Assembly: GCA_030602225.1 (NCBI GenBank)
Contig: JAUWAD010000002.1
Location: forward strand, 12,418 to 76,417
Source of the DNA: Bacillota bacterium
GTDB lineage: Bacteria > Bacillota > Clostridia > Tissierellales > Tissierellaceae
Length of the DNA stretch: 64,000 nucleotides
Direction of reading: 5' to 3'
In this document: positions 50,932 through 61,514 of the stretch, piece after piece
Layout of the letters: every line of letters begins with the position of its first letter
Position numbering within the stretch: position 1 is the stretch's first letter
Position numbers and translations under genes: made by a program
The notes under the pieces: model-generated
The model's database searches: none
The model's input: only the letters and a program-made list of their open reading frames with translations
What the model was told of the DNA's origin: nothing

Positions 50932-51346
50932 TTTGATTGTAAAGGTTATCAGTAAAATCATTATTCCCTTCATGCAAGTCTTTGGGATATTTGTTATTAT
51001 GCATGGTCATTTATCACCTGGAGGAGGATTTGCAGGGGGATCTATACTTGGTGCAAGTTTAATATTACTCACTTTGGCATTCGGATTAAAGGAAGCCAAG
51101 AGAAAAATGCCCCATACTATATCTAAAATTGTAGAAACTGGTGCAATTCTATTAATTGTATCATTGGGATTGTTTGGAATACTATCAGGATATAATTTTT
51201 TAACAAATGGTGAAGCTGGATTCCACTTGGGTAGAACTGGTGAAATAATTAGTGCAGGTTTTATACCCATTGCGACTTTAGCCATAGGACTAAAGGTTGG
51301 TAGTACATTAATAACCCTTTTCCATACCATTATTGAGGAGGATTAG
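50924..51346 (+). CDS. mnhB: Mrp/Mnh antiporter subunit B
   Basis: HGHLSPGGGFAGG, LKVG. Confidence 0.9.
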   Translation: MDDLIVKVISKIIIPFMQVFGIFVIMHGHLSPGGGFAGGSILGASLILLTLAFGLKEAKRKMPHTISKIVETGAILLIVSLGLFGILSGYNFLTNGEAGFHLGRTGEIISAGFIPIATLAIGLKVGSTLITLFHTIIEED

Positions 51347-51348
51347 TA

Positions 51349-51729
51349 TTGGAACTAATTAAGGAGTTACTTGATCATATTAATTATGTGGGCTCTGCTA
51401 CACTTTTTGTAATTGGCCTATATACAGTGCTTACCCACTCGAATCTTCTTAAAAAGGTTATCGGTATAAATATAATGGAAACCTCAATTTTCCTATTTTT
51501 TGTATCAATAGGTTATATTTCTGGTGGAATAACACCTATAATCATACCTGGAAGCGAGGATATAATCTATGTGAATCCATTACCCTCAACCCTTATCCTA
51601 ACAGGCATTGTAGTTGCACTAAGTATTACAGCCTATTCATTAAGTCTAATCATGAGACTTTACAAGGAATATGGGACTCTTGATATGGACAAGATCATGG
51701 AATTAAGGAGTGATGGACAAGATGAATAG
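51349..51729 (+). CDS. mnhC: Mrp/Mnh antiporter subunit C
   Basis: NLLKKVIG.NI, NPLPSTLILTGIVV. Confidence 0.9.
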   Translation: MELIKELLDHINYVGSATLFVIGLYTVLTHSNLLKKVIGINIMETSIFLFFVSIGYISGGITPIIIPGSEDIIYVNPLPSTLILTGIVVALSITAYSLSLIMRLYKEYGTLDMDKIMELRSDGQDE

Positions 51730-53209
51730 TATACATTACCCAATTATTATTATGCTTTTGTTTCTAATTGTTGGGGTATCAAATCCAGTTATAAAGAAAA
51801 AGTTCGATAATATTGAGAAATCCATATTGATGTCCACATTTTTTGTGGCTATAGCACTGGCATTTTATACTTTCTTATATGTTAACATAGAGGGGCCATT
51901 TTTCTATAACTTTGGTAACTGGGGTAGGAAATTTGGTATCGAGTTTGCTATAGATGGTTTTTCATCTCTTTTATCTCTATTGATTTTAATCTTATCAGCA
52001 ATAATAGTATGGTATTCATTTAGAGATATTGGTCATGAGATGGATGATGAAAACTTCATCAGCTATTATACAATTGTTTTTTTACTTATCTTCTCCATGT
52101 TGGGAATAACTTTTAGCAATGACTTGTTTAATATATATGTTTTTATGGAAATACTATCCTTAACATCATGTGGAATAATCTCAATTAAGCATAAAAGGGT
52201 TAATTTTCTAGCCTCTTTTAGGTATCTGATCTTAAACACCCTAGGCTCCTTGTCATTTTTCTTTGGGATTGCTCTGTTATACATGGTAACAGGACACTTA
52301 AATATTGTAGAAATGAACATTGCCATTCAGGAAGTATGGCAGGTTACACCCACTAATATATTATTGGCAACTGGATTTATGTTCATTGGATTGGCAATAA
52401 AATCAGCACTATTCCCAATGCACGTATGGTTGCCAGATGCTCATTCCAGTGCACCTTCACCTTCTAGTGCATTACTTTCTGGATTGGTTGTTAAAGTTTA
52501 CATATTTACCATGGCAAAAATAGTATTCAATGTACTTGGAAAAGAAATATCCCAAGCTTTGGATATTGATTTATTCTTAAGTATATTTGCAGCAATAAGT
52601 ATGATTATGGGTTCAATATTTGCAATAGCTCAAAAGGACATAAAGAGAATGTTGGCATATTCATCTGTGGCTCAGATCGGATACATGTTCTTAGGTATTG
52701 GTATTGCAACAGAATTAGGATTGGCAGCTGGATTTTTCCATATATTCTCCCATGCGTTAATGAAGTCTGCCCTGTTTCTGAGTGCGGGGGCAATTATCTA
52801 TAAAAAAGATCTGAGGGATATATCTAGATTTGATGGATTGGGATATGAACTCCCCATTTCCATGAGTGTATTTACCATAGCTGCCCTTGGAATGATTGGG
52901 ATTCCAGGAATAGTTGGTTTCATGAGCAAATTCTATCTAGCTGAGGCTGTTATATTAGCAGGCAAACCATATTATGTCGTCGTAATACTACTTAGCTCTT
53001 TCTTAAATGCTGTTTATTACTTGCCTATAATAATATCTGCATTTATTAAGAAGGACCCTGATAGGGAGAAAATCCTTGAGATTGATGACATCCCCAGATC
53101 CATGTATACATCAATGATAATTATTGGGTTCTGTATGATATTATTTGGAATGTTCCCAAACCTATTAATGAATACAATTATAAATGTAGTACCTACTTTT
53201 ATAAACTAG
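51710..53209 (+). CDS. mnhD: MrpD-type antiporter subunit (copy 1)
   Basis: DLFNIYVFMEI, IKSALFPMHVWLPDAH, KRMLAYSSVAQ, GFMSK. Confidence 0.9.
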   Translation: MMDKMNSIHYPIIIMLLFLIVGVSNPVIKKKFDNIEKSILMSTFFVAIALAFYTFLYVNIEGPFFYNFGNWGRKFGIEFAIDGFSSLLSLLILILSAIIVWYSFRDIGHEMDDENFISYYTIVFLLIFSMLGITFSNDLFNIYVFMEILSLTSCGIISIKHKRVNFLASFRYLILNTLGSLSFFFGIALLYMVTGHLNIVEMNIAIQEVWQVTPTNILLATGFMFIGLAIKSALFPMHVWLPDAHSSAPSPSSALLSGLVVKVYIFTMAKIVFNVLGKEISQALDIDLFLSIFAAISMIMGSIFAIAQKDIKRMLAYSSVAQIGYMFLGIGIATELGLAAGFFHIFSHALMKSALFLSAGAIIYKKDLRDISRFDGLGYELPISMSVFTIAALGMIGIPGIVGFMSKFYLAEAVILAGKPYYVVVILLSSFLNAVYYLPIIISAFIKKDPDREKILEIDDIPRSMYTSMIIIGFCMILFGMFPNLLMNTIINVVPTFIN

Positions 53210-53236
53210 GCAAAATCAATTTGAGGAGGATAAGTT

Positions 53237-54844
53237 ATGAGTAATCTAGATTTCAGTAAGAACGATAGTTCTTTCTCATCAAATTTAAGATTTCTATCTG
53301 TTCTATTTACTGGATTCTTTTTAGGAATTATATTCACAAAAACCATTGGTCGGGAAATTCTAATATTATTTACAACCAGTAATCTTATTCCTGGGATAAT
53401 ACTTGCTGTTATTTTTACTGGAGCAATAATCTCAGCAATTGTCTCCTTAAAAAAGGAAGAATCAAGAGATGTTGTATTATTGTATGTGAATTTATTTGTA
53501 GTTGGTTTAGTATTCTTAATGTTACCACACATCATCGAAGGAAATGATATGACCCTTAAATTGTCCAATGTATTGGGTTTTGGTATTGCATTTAGGGTTA
53601 ATGCATTAACCCTGTATATGCTGATTATAGCAAGTCTACTATGGTTTATGGTAACTCTATATTCCCATTCATACATGAATAAGAAGGAAAAATCAGGTGG
53701 TAGATTCTACTTCTGGTTTATGGTTGCTTATGGTGGTGCAATGGGAGCTATTATGGCTGATTCACTAATAACCATGTTTTTGTTCTTTGAGATCATGTAT
53801 ATAAGCTGTTACTTTTTGGTGGCTCACTCTGCTACTCCTGAGGCAATCAAAGCAGGTTATAGATACATATTTATGGGTGTTGTAGGTGGATTATCCATGC
53901 TTTTAGCTGTAATCATTCTACATGTTAATACAGGGACTTTTGATCTAATGTCAATGAGTAATTACATAGTCTTATCCAGTGATGGTACTGGTAGAATGCT
54001 TTTAGTGGCATTGATATTCATGTTAATAGGATTTTCAATAAAAACTGCAATCTTTCCACTACATTTTTGGCTTCCAGGAGCTCATTCATCTGCTCCTGCA
54101 CCTGCAAGTGCAATCCTATCAGGATTGATTATTAAAGTATATGTCTTTTCACTTATCAAGTTCCTATATGTGGGTTTAGGATTGGAGATAGTTCAATTCT
54201 TGCGCTTGCCGGAGTTCCTTCCTTACTTAGCTTCTGTAGGAATGATAGCTGGATCCGTATTTGCACTTAGACAGAAAGAATTAAAGAAGATGTTAGCATA
54301 TTCCACAGTGGCTCAGGTAGGATATATGATTCTAGGTATAGGACTTTCAAATCCCTTAGGAATTTCAGCAACTCTATTCCATATACTGACCCATATGATC
54401 ACAAAGTCTGCTTTGTTTCTATGTGCAGGTGCCATGTATTATCATACTGGCAAGAAAGATATAGGTGATTATAAAGGTATTGCATGTAAAATGCCAGTGA
54501 CTATGGGAATATTTACCTTAGCAGCCCTATCAATGATTGGAATTCCAGGACTTGTTGGTTTCATGAGCAAGTGGTACTTAAGTATCGCTGCCATAGATGC
54601 TGGAATGCCTTATTTCGTAATAGTTTTACTAATTAGTTCATTCTTAAATGCAATGTATTATCTGCCAATTATTATTAATGCATTTTTAATAGAACCAGAA
54701 GATGGACAGACCTGTTTCTTAAGGGATCCAATTCCGAATAATATGCTATTCCCCCTTGTGGGACTTGGAATAGGTTTGATATTCTTTGGAATCTTCCCTA
54801 AAATGGTGGTTTCCATCTTTCAAATGGGCATAACATTTATGTAG
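53237..54844 (+). CDS. MrpD-type antiporter subunit (copy 2)
   Basis: FLFFEI, IKTAIFPLHFWLPGAH, KKMLAYSTVAQ, GFMSKW. Confidence 0.88.
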   Translation: MSNLDFSKNDSSFSSNLRFLSVLFTGFFLGIIFTKTIGREILILFTTSNLIPGIILAVIFTGAIISAIVSLKKEESRDVVLLYVNLFVVGLVFLMLPHIIEGNDMTLKLSNVLGFGIAFRVNALTLYMLIIASLLWFMVTLYSHSYMNKKEKSGGRFYFWFMVAYGGAMGAIMADSLITMFLFFEIMYISCYFLVAHSATPEAIKAGYRYIFMGVVGGLSMLLAVIILHVNTGTFDLMSMSNYIVLSSDGTGRMLLVALIFMLIGFSIKTAIFPLHFWLPGAHSSAPAPASAILSGLIIKVYVFSLIKFLYVGLGLEIVQFLRLPEFLPYLASVGMIAGSVFALRQKELKKMLAYSTVAQVGYMILGIGLSNPLGISATLFHILTHMITKSALFLCAGAMYYHTGKKDIGDYKGIACKMPVTMGIFTLAALSMIGIPGLVGFMSKWYLSIAAIDAGMPYFVIVLLISSFLNAMYYLPIIINAFLIEPEDGQTCFLRDPIPNNMLFPLVGLGIGLIFFGIFPKMVVSIFQMGITFM

Positions 54845-54863
54845 TTTCCTAAGGAGGTTTAGT

Positions 54864-56990
54864 ATGGAACATAATAATATGAATATACAAATAAGCAATC
54901 ATATAGATGAACATGGTCCTAAGGGAAACTTAGTGCTTTCAATAGTTATTGGAATTATAACCCTTTTATCATTATTTATTACTCTAAATGTCGTATCGGG
55001 AAACTTCCCTGGTTTAGGATTCTGGCTAAATGCTAGATTTGGGAGTAATCCATATCTTCCTATAATAATAACTTTACTACCCTTAACTGGGCTTATAAGT
55101 AGTGCTGTTGGAATTAGAAATGAGAAATCAAGGGATTATTTAAACTTAGTCACAAACCTTATAGTTTATCTTCTTTTGCTATCTATTCTACCCACGGTTA
55201 TCCATCAACCCATATCCATAAGGGTTGCAGATTTATTAGGTTATGGTTTGTTTTTTAAAGTTGATTTATTTGGGATTATCGTTGCTGTATTGGCTGCTTT
55301 AATTTGGTTATTGGTTTCTATATATGCACCAGACTATATGGACCATGAAACCAGAAGAAATAGATTTTATCTCTTCTTATCAGTAACCTATACAGGTATT
55401 TTAGGTACTGTTCTTAGTGGAGACTTATTCACAACCTTTCTATTCTTTGAAATCATGACATTTAGCTCATATTTATTGGTTGTACACACTGAGACCAAAG
55501 AAGCGTTAAATGCAGGAGATAGTTATATATATATGGGTATTATGGGAGGATTGAGTATACTACTTGGAATTATATTGTTGTTCGTTAATTCAGGTTCACT
55601 GGAATATTCATCTCTAGCAGGTGTATTAAAAGATATGGGGAATCAAGGTTATTTCATAATGACATTATTCGTTGTTGGATTTGGTGTTAAGGCGGGAATG
55701 GTTCCGCTGCATATATGGCTTCCAAAAGCCCACCCTGTAGCTCCTACCCCAGCCAGTGCTTTACTATCGGGAATTATGGTAAAAATTGGAGCTTATGGTA
55801 TATTAAGAACTATTATAAGCTTCACTTTTCCTTCAGTGGATTTATCTTCCAACTATGAACTTTGGAGTGTATCCCAATCCTTAGGCTCTGTTATTATTTG
55901 GTTTGGTATTGGAACAATGGGAATTGGAATATTCTTAGCAATGCAGCAGAATAATATAAAGCGAATGCTTGCTTACTCCACAGTAAGCCAAATGGGCCTT
56001 ATTATAGCTGGGATAGGAGTAACCTCCTATCTTGGATTAAAAGGTGCCATGGGCTTCTCAGGGGCCTTATATCACGTTATAAACCACGCACTATATAAAA
56101 GTCTTCTATTTATGGTGGCAGGGGCGGTATATCTTAAAACTCATACCCTTGATATAAGAGAAATGGGTGGATTATGGAAGAAGATGCCTATTGCTTTTAT
56201 AGTTAGTACCATCGCTGTCCTTGGAATAACTGGAATGCCTTTTTTCAATGGTTATGTAAGTAAAACATTAGTGCACCATGGAATAGCTGAAGCTCATTAC
56301 TATGGTGAGGCTATATTTAAGGTGGCTGATTATCTTTTTATCTTTTTTAGTGGAGGAACAGCCTGTGTTTTATTCAAGTGGACCTATGGTATTTTTTTTG
56401 GTGAACTAAAGGATGAAAACAAGCAAATCACAGAAGGCTTCAAGGCTTTACATGTTCCCATGATGATAATTGCCCTAATAATAATTGGGATTGGATTTTT
56501 TCCTTACTTCCTATTAAATACCCTTATAATACCAACAGCAAAGATTTTCACCTTTGACTCTGAATTTATCTACAAATACATAGAAGGTATTAATATCTAT
56601 ATTATCAAAGATCTAATGGGTATTGTTTATGTTTATATAATAGGTATGGTGTTATTTGTCCTTGGAATAAAAGGTCCACTATTTAACTTAAGAGCACCCA
56701 AGTGGTTGTGTATTGAAGGTTTAGTTACCTATCCAGTAAAGAGAATAGCTCACTTTATTATTGATTTATATTGTCGAATACCAAGCAAAAGAAAAGAGAA
56801 GGTGTGTGTAGCACCTCCTCCCAAGCCAAAATATGATGAACTTGTTGAACACGAATCCATTATTCACAAATTTGTTGAATTTGTTGATAAACAAGTATGC
56901 AAACTGGAGATGCCCTTTATAAAAAGTGATGTTTTACTTTATTCCATGCTACTGACATTTGTTCTATTATTCTTCTTTATAGTTAAGTAA
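54864..56990 (+). CDS. Extended MrpD/NuoL/HyfB-type antiporter subunit (copy 3)
   Basis: FLFFEI, VKAGMVPLHIWLPKAHPVAP, KRMLAYSTVSQ, NHALYKSLLF, NGYVSK; extra N- and C-terminal TMs. Confidence 0.88.
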   Translation: MEHNNMNIQISNHIDEHGPKGNLVLSIVIGIITLLSLFITLNVVSGNFPGLGFWLNARFGSNPYLPIIITLLPLTGLISSAVGIRNEKSRDYLNLVTNLIVYLLLLSILPTVIHQPISIRVADLLGYGLFFKVDLFGIIVAVLAALIWLLVSIYAPDYMDHETRRNRFYLFLSVTYTGILGTVLSGDLFTTFLFFEIMTFSSYLLVVHTETKEALNAGDSYIYMGIMGGLSILLGIILLFVNSGSLEYSSLAGVLKDMGNQGYFIMTLFVVGFGVKAGMVPLHIWLPKAHPVAPTPASALLSGIMVKIGAYGILRTIISFTFPSVDLSSNYELWSVSQSLGSVIIWFGIGTMGIGIFLAMQQNNIKRMLAYSTVSQMGLIIAGIGVTSYLGLKGAMGFSGALYHVINHALYKSLLFMVAGAVYLKTHTLDIREMGGLWKKMPIAFIVSTIAVLGITGMPFFNGYVSKTLVHHGIAEAHYYGEAIFKVADYLFIFFSGGTACVLFKWTYGIFFGELKDENKQITEGFKALHVPMMIIALIIIGIGFFPYFLLNTLIIPTAKIFTFDSEFIYKYIEGINIYIIKDLMGIVYVYIIGMVLFVLGIKGPLFNLRAPKWLCIEGLVTYPVKRIAHFIIDLYCRIPSKRKEKVCVAPPPKPKYDELVEHESIIHKFVEFVDKQVCKLEMPFIKSDVLLYSMLLTFVLLFFFIVK

Positions 56991-57003
56991 TTATAAAAGC
57001 AAT

Positions 57004-57036
57004 TACCCTGTTGGCATAAAGTTAACCAACAGGGTA
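57004..57036. terminator. Bidirectional terminator
   Basis: TACCCTGTTGG-loop-CCAACAGGGTA between convergent genes. Confidence 0.75.
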
Positions 57037-57039
57037 TAT

Positions 57040-57612
57040 TTATTTTTTGAAGAATTTACCCATTAATTTTCCCACATCATCCACTATACTTCCATCATTA
57101 TCAGCATCTAGGAATTTCTCTGCCATATCCATCATTCCACCTTTTGCCGACTTGCCTAAGGCATCTGTTATTAGGTTTGAAACATTATTGCTGTCTATTT
57201 TTCCTTGCTTTTGTTGTTGTCCAAGGGTTCCCATTAATAAAGGAGCAAGTTGACTTAGTATATCATTTACTTGTTCTCCCTTAAGTCCTGTCTCCTTGGC
57301 TAAATTATTCTTGACATTATCTTTTTTACCTGAAAGAATGTGTCCTAATATTTTTTCTCCATCCTTCATGTTAATCTTTGAAGGATCTTTTATCATTTCC
57401 TCTACATCATCATCCTCATGCTGTTTTAGTGCATTTAGAAGCGATTCCGCACCTTTTTGGTCACTGATATTACCCTTCATTGCTTTCATTATTGTTGGCA
57501 AACCCATGTTAATCAGTTTATCAACCTGATTAGGATCCACCCCTGATTTCTTCCCTATTCCTTCCATCATATCCTTATTCCCCAATAAATTCATCAGATC
57601 CATCATATCCAT
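57040..57612 (-). CDS. DUF937 family protein
   Basis: GAESLLNALKQH, DGEKILGHIL, LAPLLMG.LG, LDADNDGSIVDD. Confidence 0.88.
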   Translation of the reverse strand: MDMMDLMNLLGNKDMMEGIGKKSGVDPNQVDKLINMGLPTIMKAMKGNISDQKGAESLLNALKQHEDDDVEEMIKDPSKINMKDGEKILGHILSGKKDNVKNNLAKETGLKGEQVNDILSQLAPLLMGTLGQQQKQGKIDSNNVSNLITDALGKSAKGGMMDMAEKFLDADNDGSIVDDVGKLMGKFFKK

Positions 57613-57687
57613 TGCAAGAAAACCCCCTTTAAATCTTAATAGAATTAAGACCTATTGGCGATTTCCAATAGGTCCATAGTGCAAATA

Positions 57688-58653
57688 TTATCTTTGAGAT
57701 TTATCATAAGGTATACCTTCTGCCTTTGGTGCTCTTGACTTTTTAGAAGTTAAAGCCAATACCAACATGGTGGCTAGATAAGGTAGCATCTTATAGTATG
57801 TCTGATTTATACCTAGGTTAAACAAAAATGGTATAAGGGAAACTGAATATGCCAAAGTTCTTAGAAAGGCAAAGAACAATGCAGCAAACATTATCCTAAT
57901 AGGTTTCCACTGTCCAAAAATCATAACCGCTAAAGCTAAAAATCCAAATCCTGCAACTCCTGTATGACCGTTGACATTTCCATCCATTACTCCAACAGAA
58001 TAGAAATACCCTCCAATTCCTGCCAGAACACCTGATATACTTACACCAGCATATCTCATTTTATAGACATTAATTCCCACTGAATCCGCTGCGTGAGGAT
58101 GCTCTCCACAGGCTCTTAATCTTAATCCAAATCGAGTCTTGTATAATACAATTGTTGCTATGGCAAGAAAAACGAATCCTATGATTACTGTCAAATAAGT
58201 TCTCTGAAAGAAAAGTTGCCCAATTACTGGTATATCTCCAAGAATGGGGATCTCTCTAATATAGAAGTTCTTGTTTGTTGTTATCCCATCACTGTTAAAG
58301 AACATCTTTGAGAATAATAATACTGCAGCAGGAATCATCATATTCAAAGCGGTTCCTGAAATAACCTGATTTGCCTTCATTGATACTGCTGCAAATGAAA
58401 GTAACAATGAATATAGGAAACCTGCTATTCCAGCAATTAACATCCCAAGTAATAATATTGTCTGGGGACCCATACTTGTGCCCTGTACATTGTATACAAA
58501 CAACGCTCCAAAGTATGCACCAAATAACATTATCCCCTCTAAACCAATATTTATAACCCCACTTCTCTCACTGAACATCCCACCAAGGGCTACCAACAGC
58601 AAGGGTATTGCAACAGGAAGCATGTTTTGAACTAAATAGTAAACTATATCCAT
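57688..58653 (-). CDS. Nucleoside ABC permease 2 (NupC-like)
   Basis: SERSGVINIGLEG, GLRLRACGEHP.AADSVG, GFLALA..IFG.WKP. Confidence 0.92.
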   Translation of the reverse strand: MDIVYYLVQNMLPVAIPLLLVALGGMFSERSGVINIGLEGIMLFGAYFGALFVYNVQGTSMGPQTILLLGMLIAGIAGFLYSLLLSFAAVSMKANQVISGTALNMMIPAAVLLFSKMFFNSDGITTNKNFYIREIPILGDIPVIGQLFFQRTYLTVIIGFVFLAIATIVLYKTRFGLRLRACGEHPHAADSVGINVYKMRYAGVSISGVLAGIGGYFYSVGVMDGNVNGHTGVAGFGFLALAVMIFGQWKPIRIMFAALFFAFLRTLAYSVSLIPFLFNLGINQTYYKMLPYLATMLVLALTSKKSRAPKAEGIPYDKSQR

Positions 58654-59804
58654 TATTCTGCCTCCTTTGCAACTTTATTTTCTTTATTCTCTTTCTTTCC
58701 AAATTTACTTTTAATAAACTTACCCGCTGATGATTTCATTATCATAGCAAAGGCTGAGAAATAGATAATAACAGCAATTACAACATCGATGATTTCAGGT
58801 TTATAGCCGACTAAACTAGTTAAGGTTCCACCTCTTTGTATGTGAGAGATAAATACTGCCGAGAAAATTATACCCAGTGGATGGGAGTGTCCAAGTAGAG
58901 AAACTGCTATCCCATTAAATCCATTGGCTGCTATTATATTAATTGGCTCATAAGTCATACTACTTCCTACTATTCCAGAAGGTGCAAGAATTAAAAATGC
59001 TCCTCCTAATCCAGCGAGACCACCTGATATAGCCATAGCCAAAACAATATTCTTCTTACCCTTCATACCAGCATATTCGCTGGCGTGTTTGTTAAAACCA
59101 GTGGCTTTAAGCTCATATCCAAATGTGGTTTTCTGTAAAACAATATATAGAATTATTGCAATCAATATTCCAATAACTATTCCAAAATTAACATTTGACC
59201 CAGATATTCCCAAGGATGGTATCTGAGCACTCATGGGTACATACCTGGTTCTAGTGGTGGATGATACATAGATGGTGGCATTTGACTGGATCCACATGTC
59301 AACTAAGTACATTCCAATATAATTGAACATAATGGAGGTGATTACTTCGTTTACATTTAGAAATGCCTTGAAAAATCCTGGTATGAAACCCCAGATCATA
59401 CCTCCTACCATTCCTGCTAAAATAGCCACCATCCAATGAATTCCATTGGGTAGCTGCCACATAAATGCTACATACAAGGCAAAATACAATCCCATTGTAT
59501 ATTGACCTGATGCACCGATGTTGAAAAGCCCCATTTTAAAAGCAAATCCAACTGCAAGGCCAGTCATTAAAATTGGTGTTGCAAAATAAAAAACATCTCC
59601 TATTCTTCCAAGTCCACCTAAAACAACAAATCTAAATCCAGCTAAGGCACTTCCTGGATTGGCAAAGAGCATTACCATGAATCCAAATATAAGTCCCAAT
59701 ACGATAGCCATTAAAGCAGAAGTGAAAGAGGAGTATCCCTGAAGTTGAGTAATTTTCTTAATGTCAAATTTAGTTTTCCTTGGTGCTCCCTTTTTATCCT
59801 TCAT
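58653..59804 (-). CDS. Nucleoside ABC permease 1 (NupB-like)
   Basis: GLFNIGASGQ, NEVITSIMFN, GYELKATGFN..AS.YAG, GFNGIAVSLLG. Confidence 0.92.
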   Translation of the reverse strand: MKDKKGAPRKTKFDIKKITQLQGYSSFTSALMAIVLGLIFGFMVMLFANPGSALAGFRFVVLGGLGRIGDVFYFATPILMTGLAVGFAFKMGLFNIGASGQYTMGLYFALYVAFMWQLPNGIHWMVAILAGMVGGMIWGFIPGFFKAFLNVNEVITSIMFNYIGMYLVDMWIQSNATIYVSSTTRTRYVPMSAQIPSLGISGSNVNFGIVIGILIAIILYIVLQKTTFGYELKATGFNKHASEYAGMKGKKNIVLAMAISGGLAGLGGAFLILAPSGIVGSSMTYEPINIIAANGFNGIAVSLLGHSHPLGIIFSAVFISHIQRGGTLTSLVGYKPEIIDVVIAVIIYFSAFAMIMKSSAGKFIKSKFGKKENKENKVAKEAE

Positions 59805-61341
59805 TTTTAATCTCCTTTGATGTATTTCTCTTTGCTCCAGACATATAAAGACCTAATTCCTGAACATTGGTCTCCTTAGGATTTAGCTCACCAACTATCT
59901 CTCCTTCATAAATCACCAGGATTCTATCACTGACATTCATAACTTCATCCAACTCCAGTGATATAAGCAATACCGCTTTCCCTGCATCCCTTCTATCAAC
60001 CAATTGTTTGTGAATGTATTCTATTGCTCCAACATCTAGGCCTCTTGTTGGTTGAACAGCTACTAGTAACTCATGCTCTTTATCAATTTCCCTTGCGATA
60101 ATTGCCTTTTGCTGATTACCCCCTGACATACTCCTAGTAATGGTCTCTGGTCCTTGTCCACTTCTAATATCGAATCTTTCTATTAAATCCTCTGCATACT
60201 TTCTGACCTCACCGAATTTAATAAATCCATTATTCTGGAACTGTTTTTGCCAATATCTCTGTAAAACAAGATTTTCTTCCAAAGTATAGTCCAATACTAA
60301 CCCATGCTTATGTCTATCTTCAGGGATGTGGCTCATACCACCCATTGATCTTTGTCTTATGGATGACCTTGATATATCCTTGCCACAAAGTTTGATTGAA
60401 CCACTTACCAATTTCTCCAATCCAGTTAAGGCGTGAACGAATTCTGTTTGACCATTTCCATCGATTCCTGCCAGGCACACAATCTCTCCAGCTCTAACAT
60501 CAAAGGATACATCCCTTATAGCATTATTTTTGTGAATTTTTGATGCAACTGTCATATTTTTAATTGACAATACAACATCTTTAGGTTTTGCCTCTTCCTT
60601 TTCAACTGTAAAGGTTATATCCCTTCCAACCATCATTCTTGAAAGCTCTTCCTTTGTGGTATCCTTTACATCAACTGTTCCCATGTACTTACCTTTTCTA
60701 AGGACAGTACATCTATCTGAAACCTCCATAATTTCATTAAGTTTATGGGTAATAAAAAGAATGGATTTACCTTCATTTGCAAGATCCTTCATGATCTTCA
60801 GTAATTCCTTTATCTCCTGAGGAGTTAGCACAGCAGTTGGCTCATCAAATATGAGAATCTCGTTATCTCTATAAAGCATTTTAAGAATCTCAACTCTCTG
60901 CTGCATTCCAACGGATATATCCTCAATTAATGCATCGGGATTAACCTTAAGTCCATACTTTTCACTTAAGTACAATACCTTTTCCTTTGCTTCGCTCTCC
61001 TGTAGAAATCCCATCTTGTTTGGTTCAACTCCTAGAATGATGTTCTCTAGGACAGTAAATACTTCTACCAACTTAAAGTGCTGGTGAACCATTCCAATTC
61101 CCAATGCGTTGGCATCATTTGGGTTGTTTATCTTAACTTCCTTGCCATTCATCTTAATAATGCCCTTTTCAGCTTGATACAGCCCAAATAACACACTCAT
61201 AAGTGTGGACTTTCCTGCACCATTTTCTCCCAGCAGTGCATGTATTTCTCCCTTTTTAAGCTTTAAGGTAATATCGTCATTTGCGATTATACCAGGGAAT
61301 TCTTTTGTAATATTAAGCATTTCAACAATATAATTTTCCAC
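59794..61341 (-). CDS. Nucleoside ABC ATPase, tandem domains (NupA-like)
   Basis: GENGAGKSTL, ISVGMQQRVEI, MSGGNQQK, QPTRGLDVGA. Confidence 0.93.
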   Translation of the reverse strand: MENYIVEMLNITKEFPGIIANDDITLKLKKGEIHALLGENGAGKSTLMSVLFGLYQAEKGIIKMNGKEVKINNPNDANALGIGMVHQHFKLVEVFTVLENIILGVEPNKMGFLQESEAKEKVLYLSEKYGLKVNPDALIEDISVGMQQRVEILKMLYRDNEILIFDEPTAVLTPQEIKELLKIMKDLANEGKSILFITHKLNEIMEVSDRCTVLRKGKYMGTVDVKDTTKEELSRMMVGRDITFTVEKEEAKPKDVVLSIKNMTVASKIHKNNAIRDVSFDVRAGEIVCLAGIDGNGQTEFVHALTGLEKLVSGSIKLCGKDISRSSIRQRSMGGMSHIPEDRHKHGLVLDYTLEENLVLQRYWQKQFQNNGFIKFGEVRKYAEDLIERFDIRSGQGPETITRSMSGGNQQKAIIAREIDKEHELLVAVQPTRGLDVGAIEYIHKQLVDRRDAGKAVLLISLELDEVMNVSDRILVIYEGEIVGELNPKETNVQELGLYMSGAKRNTSKEIKNEG

Positions 61342-61424
61342 GGTAACCTCTTCTTCTATTTAGTATTTGTATTAATTTCAATATATCATATTTTACCCTA
61401 GAATAAGACAATTTTATCATTGAA

Positions 61425-61462
61425 TAAAAAAATTAATGGGAGAAAGCATCGCCTTCCCCCAT
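61425..61462 (-). terminator. Intra-operon terminator/stabiliser after the BMP gene
   Basis: ATGGGGGAAGGC-GAT-GCTTTCTCCCAT-TAATTTTTT. Confidence 0.65.
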
Positions 61463-61514
61463 ATTTCGTCTTACTTGCATTAGGCTTAGGCCGTAAAGGC
61501 AGGTAATATTTACA

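Noticed and set aside
49325-56990. Energy-converting hydrogenase or complex I operon
   Set aside because: No NiFe large/small subunit, NuoH or Fe-S subunit genes before the terminator
61475-61500. CCGTAAA resembling a purine riboswitch loop near the nucleoside transporter
   Set aside because: Wrong strand, downstream of the BMP gene, and the ATATGG and TTTCTACC elements are absent
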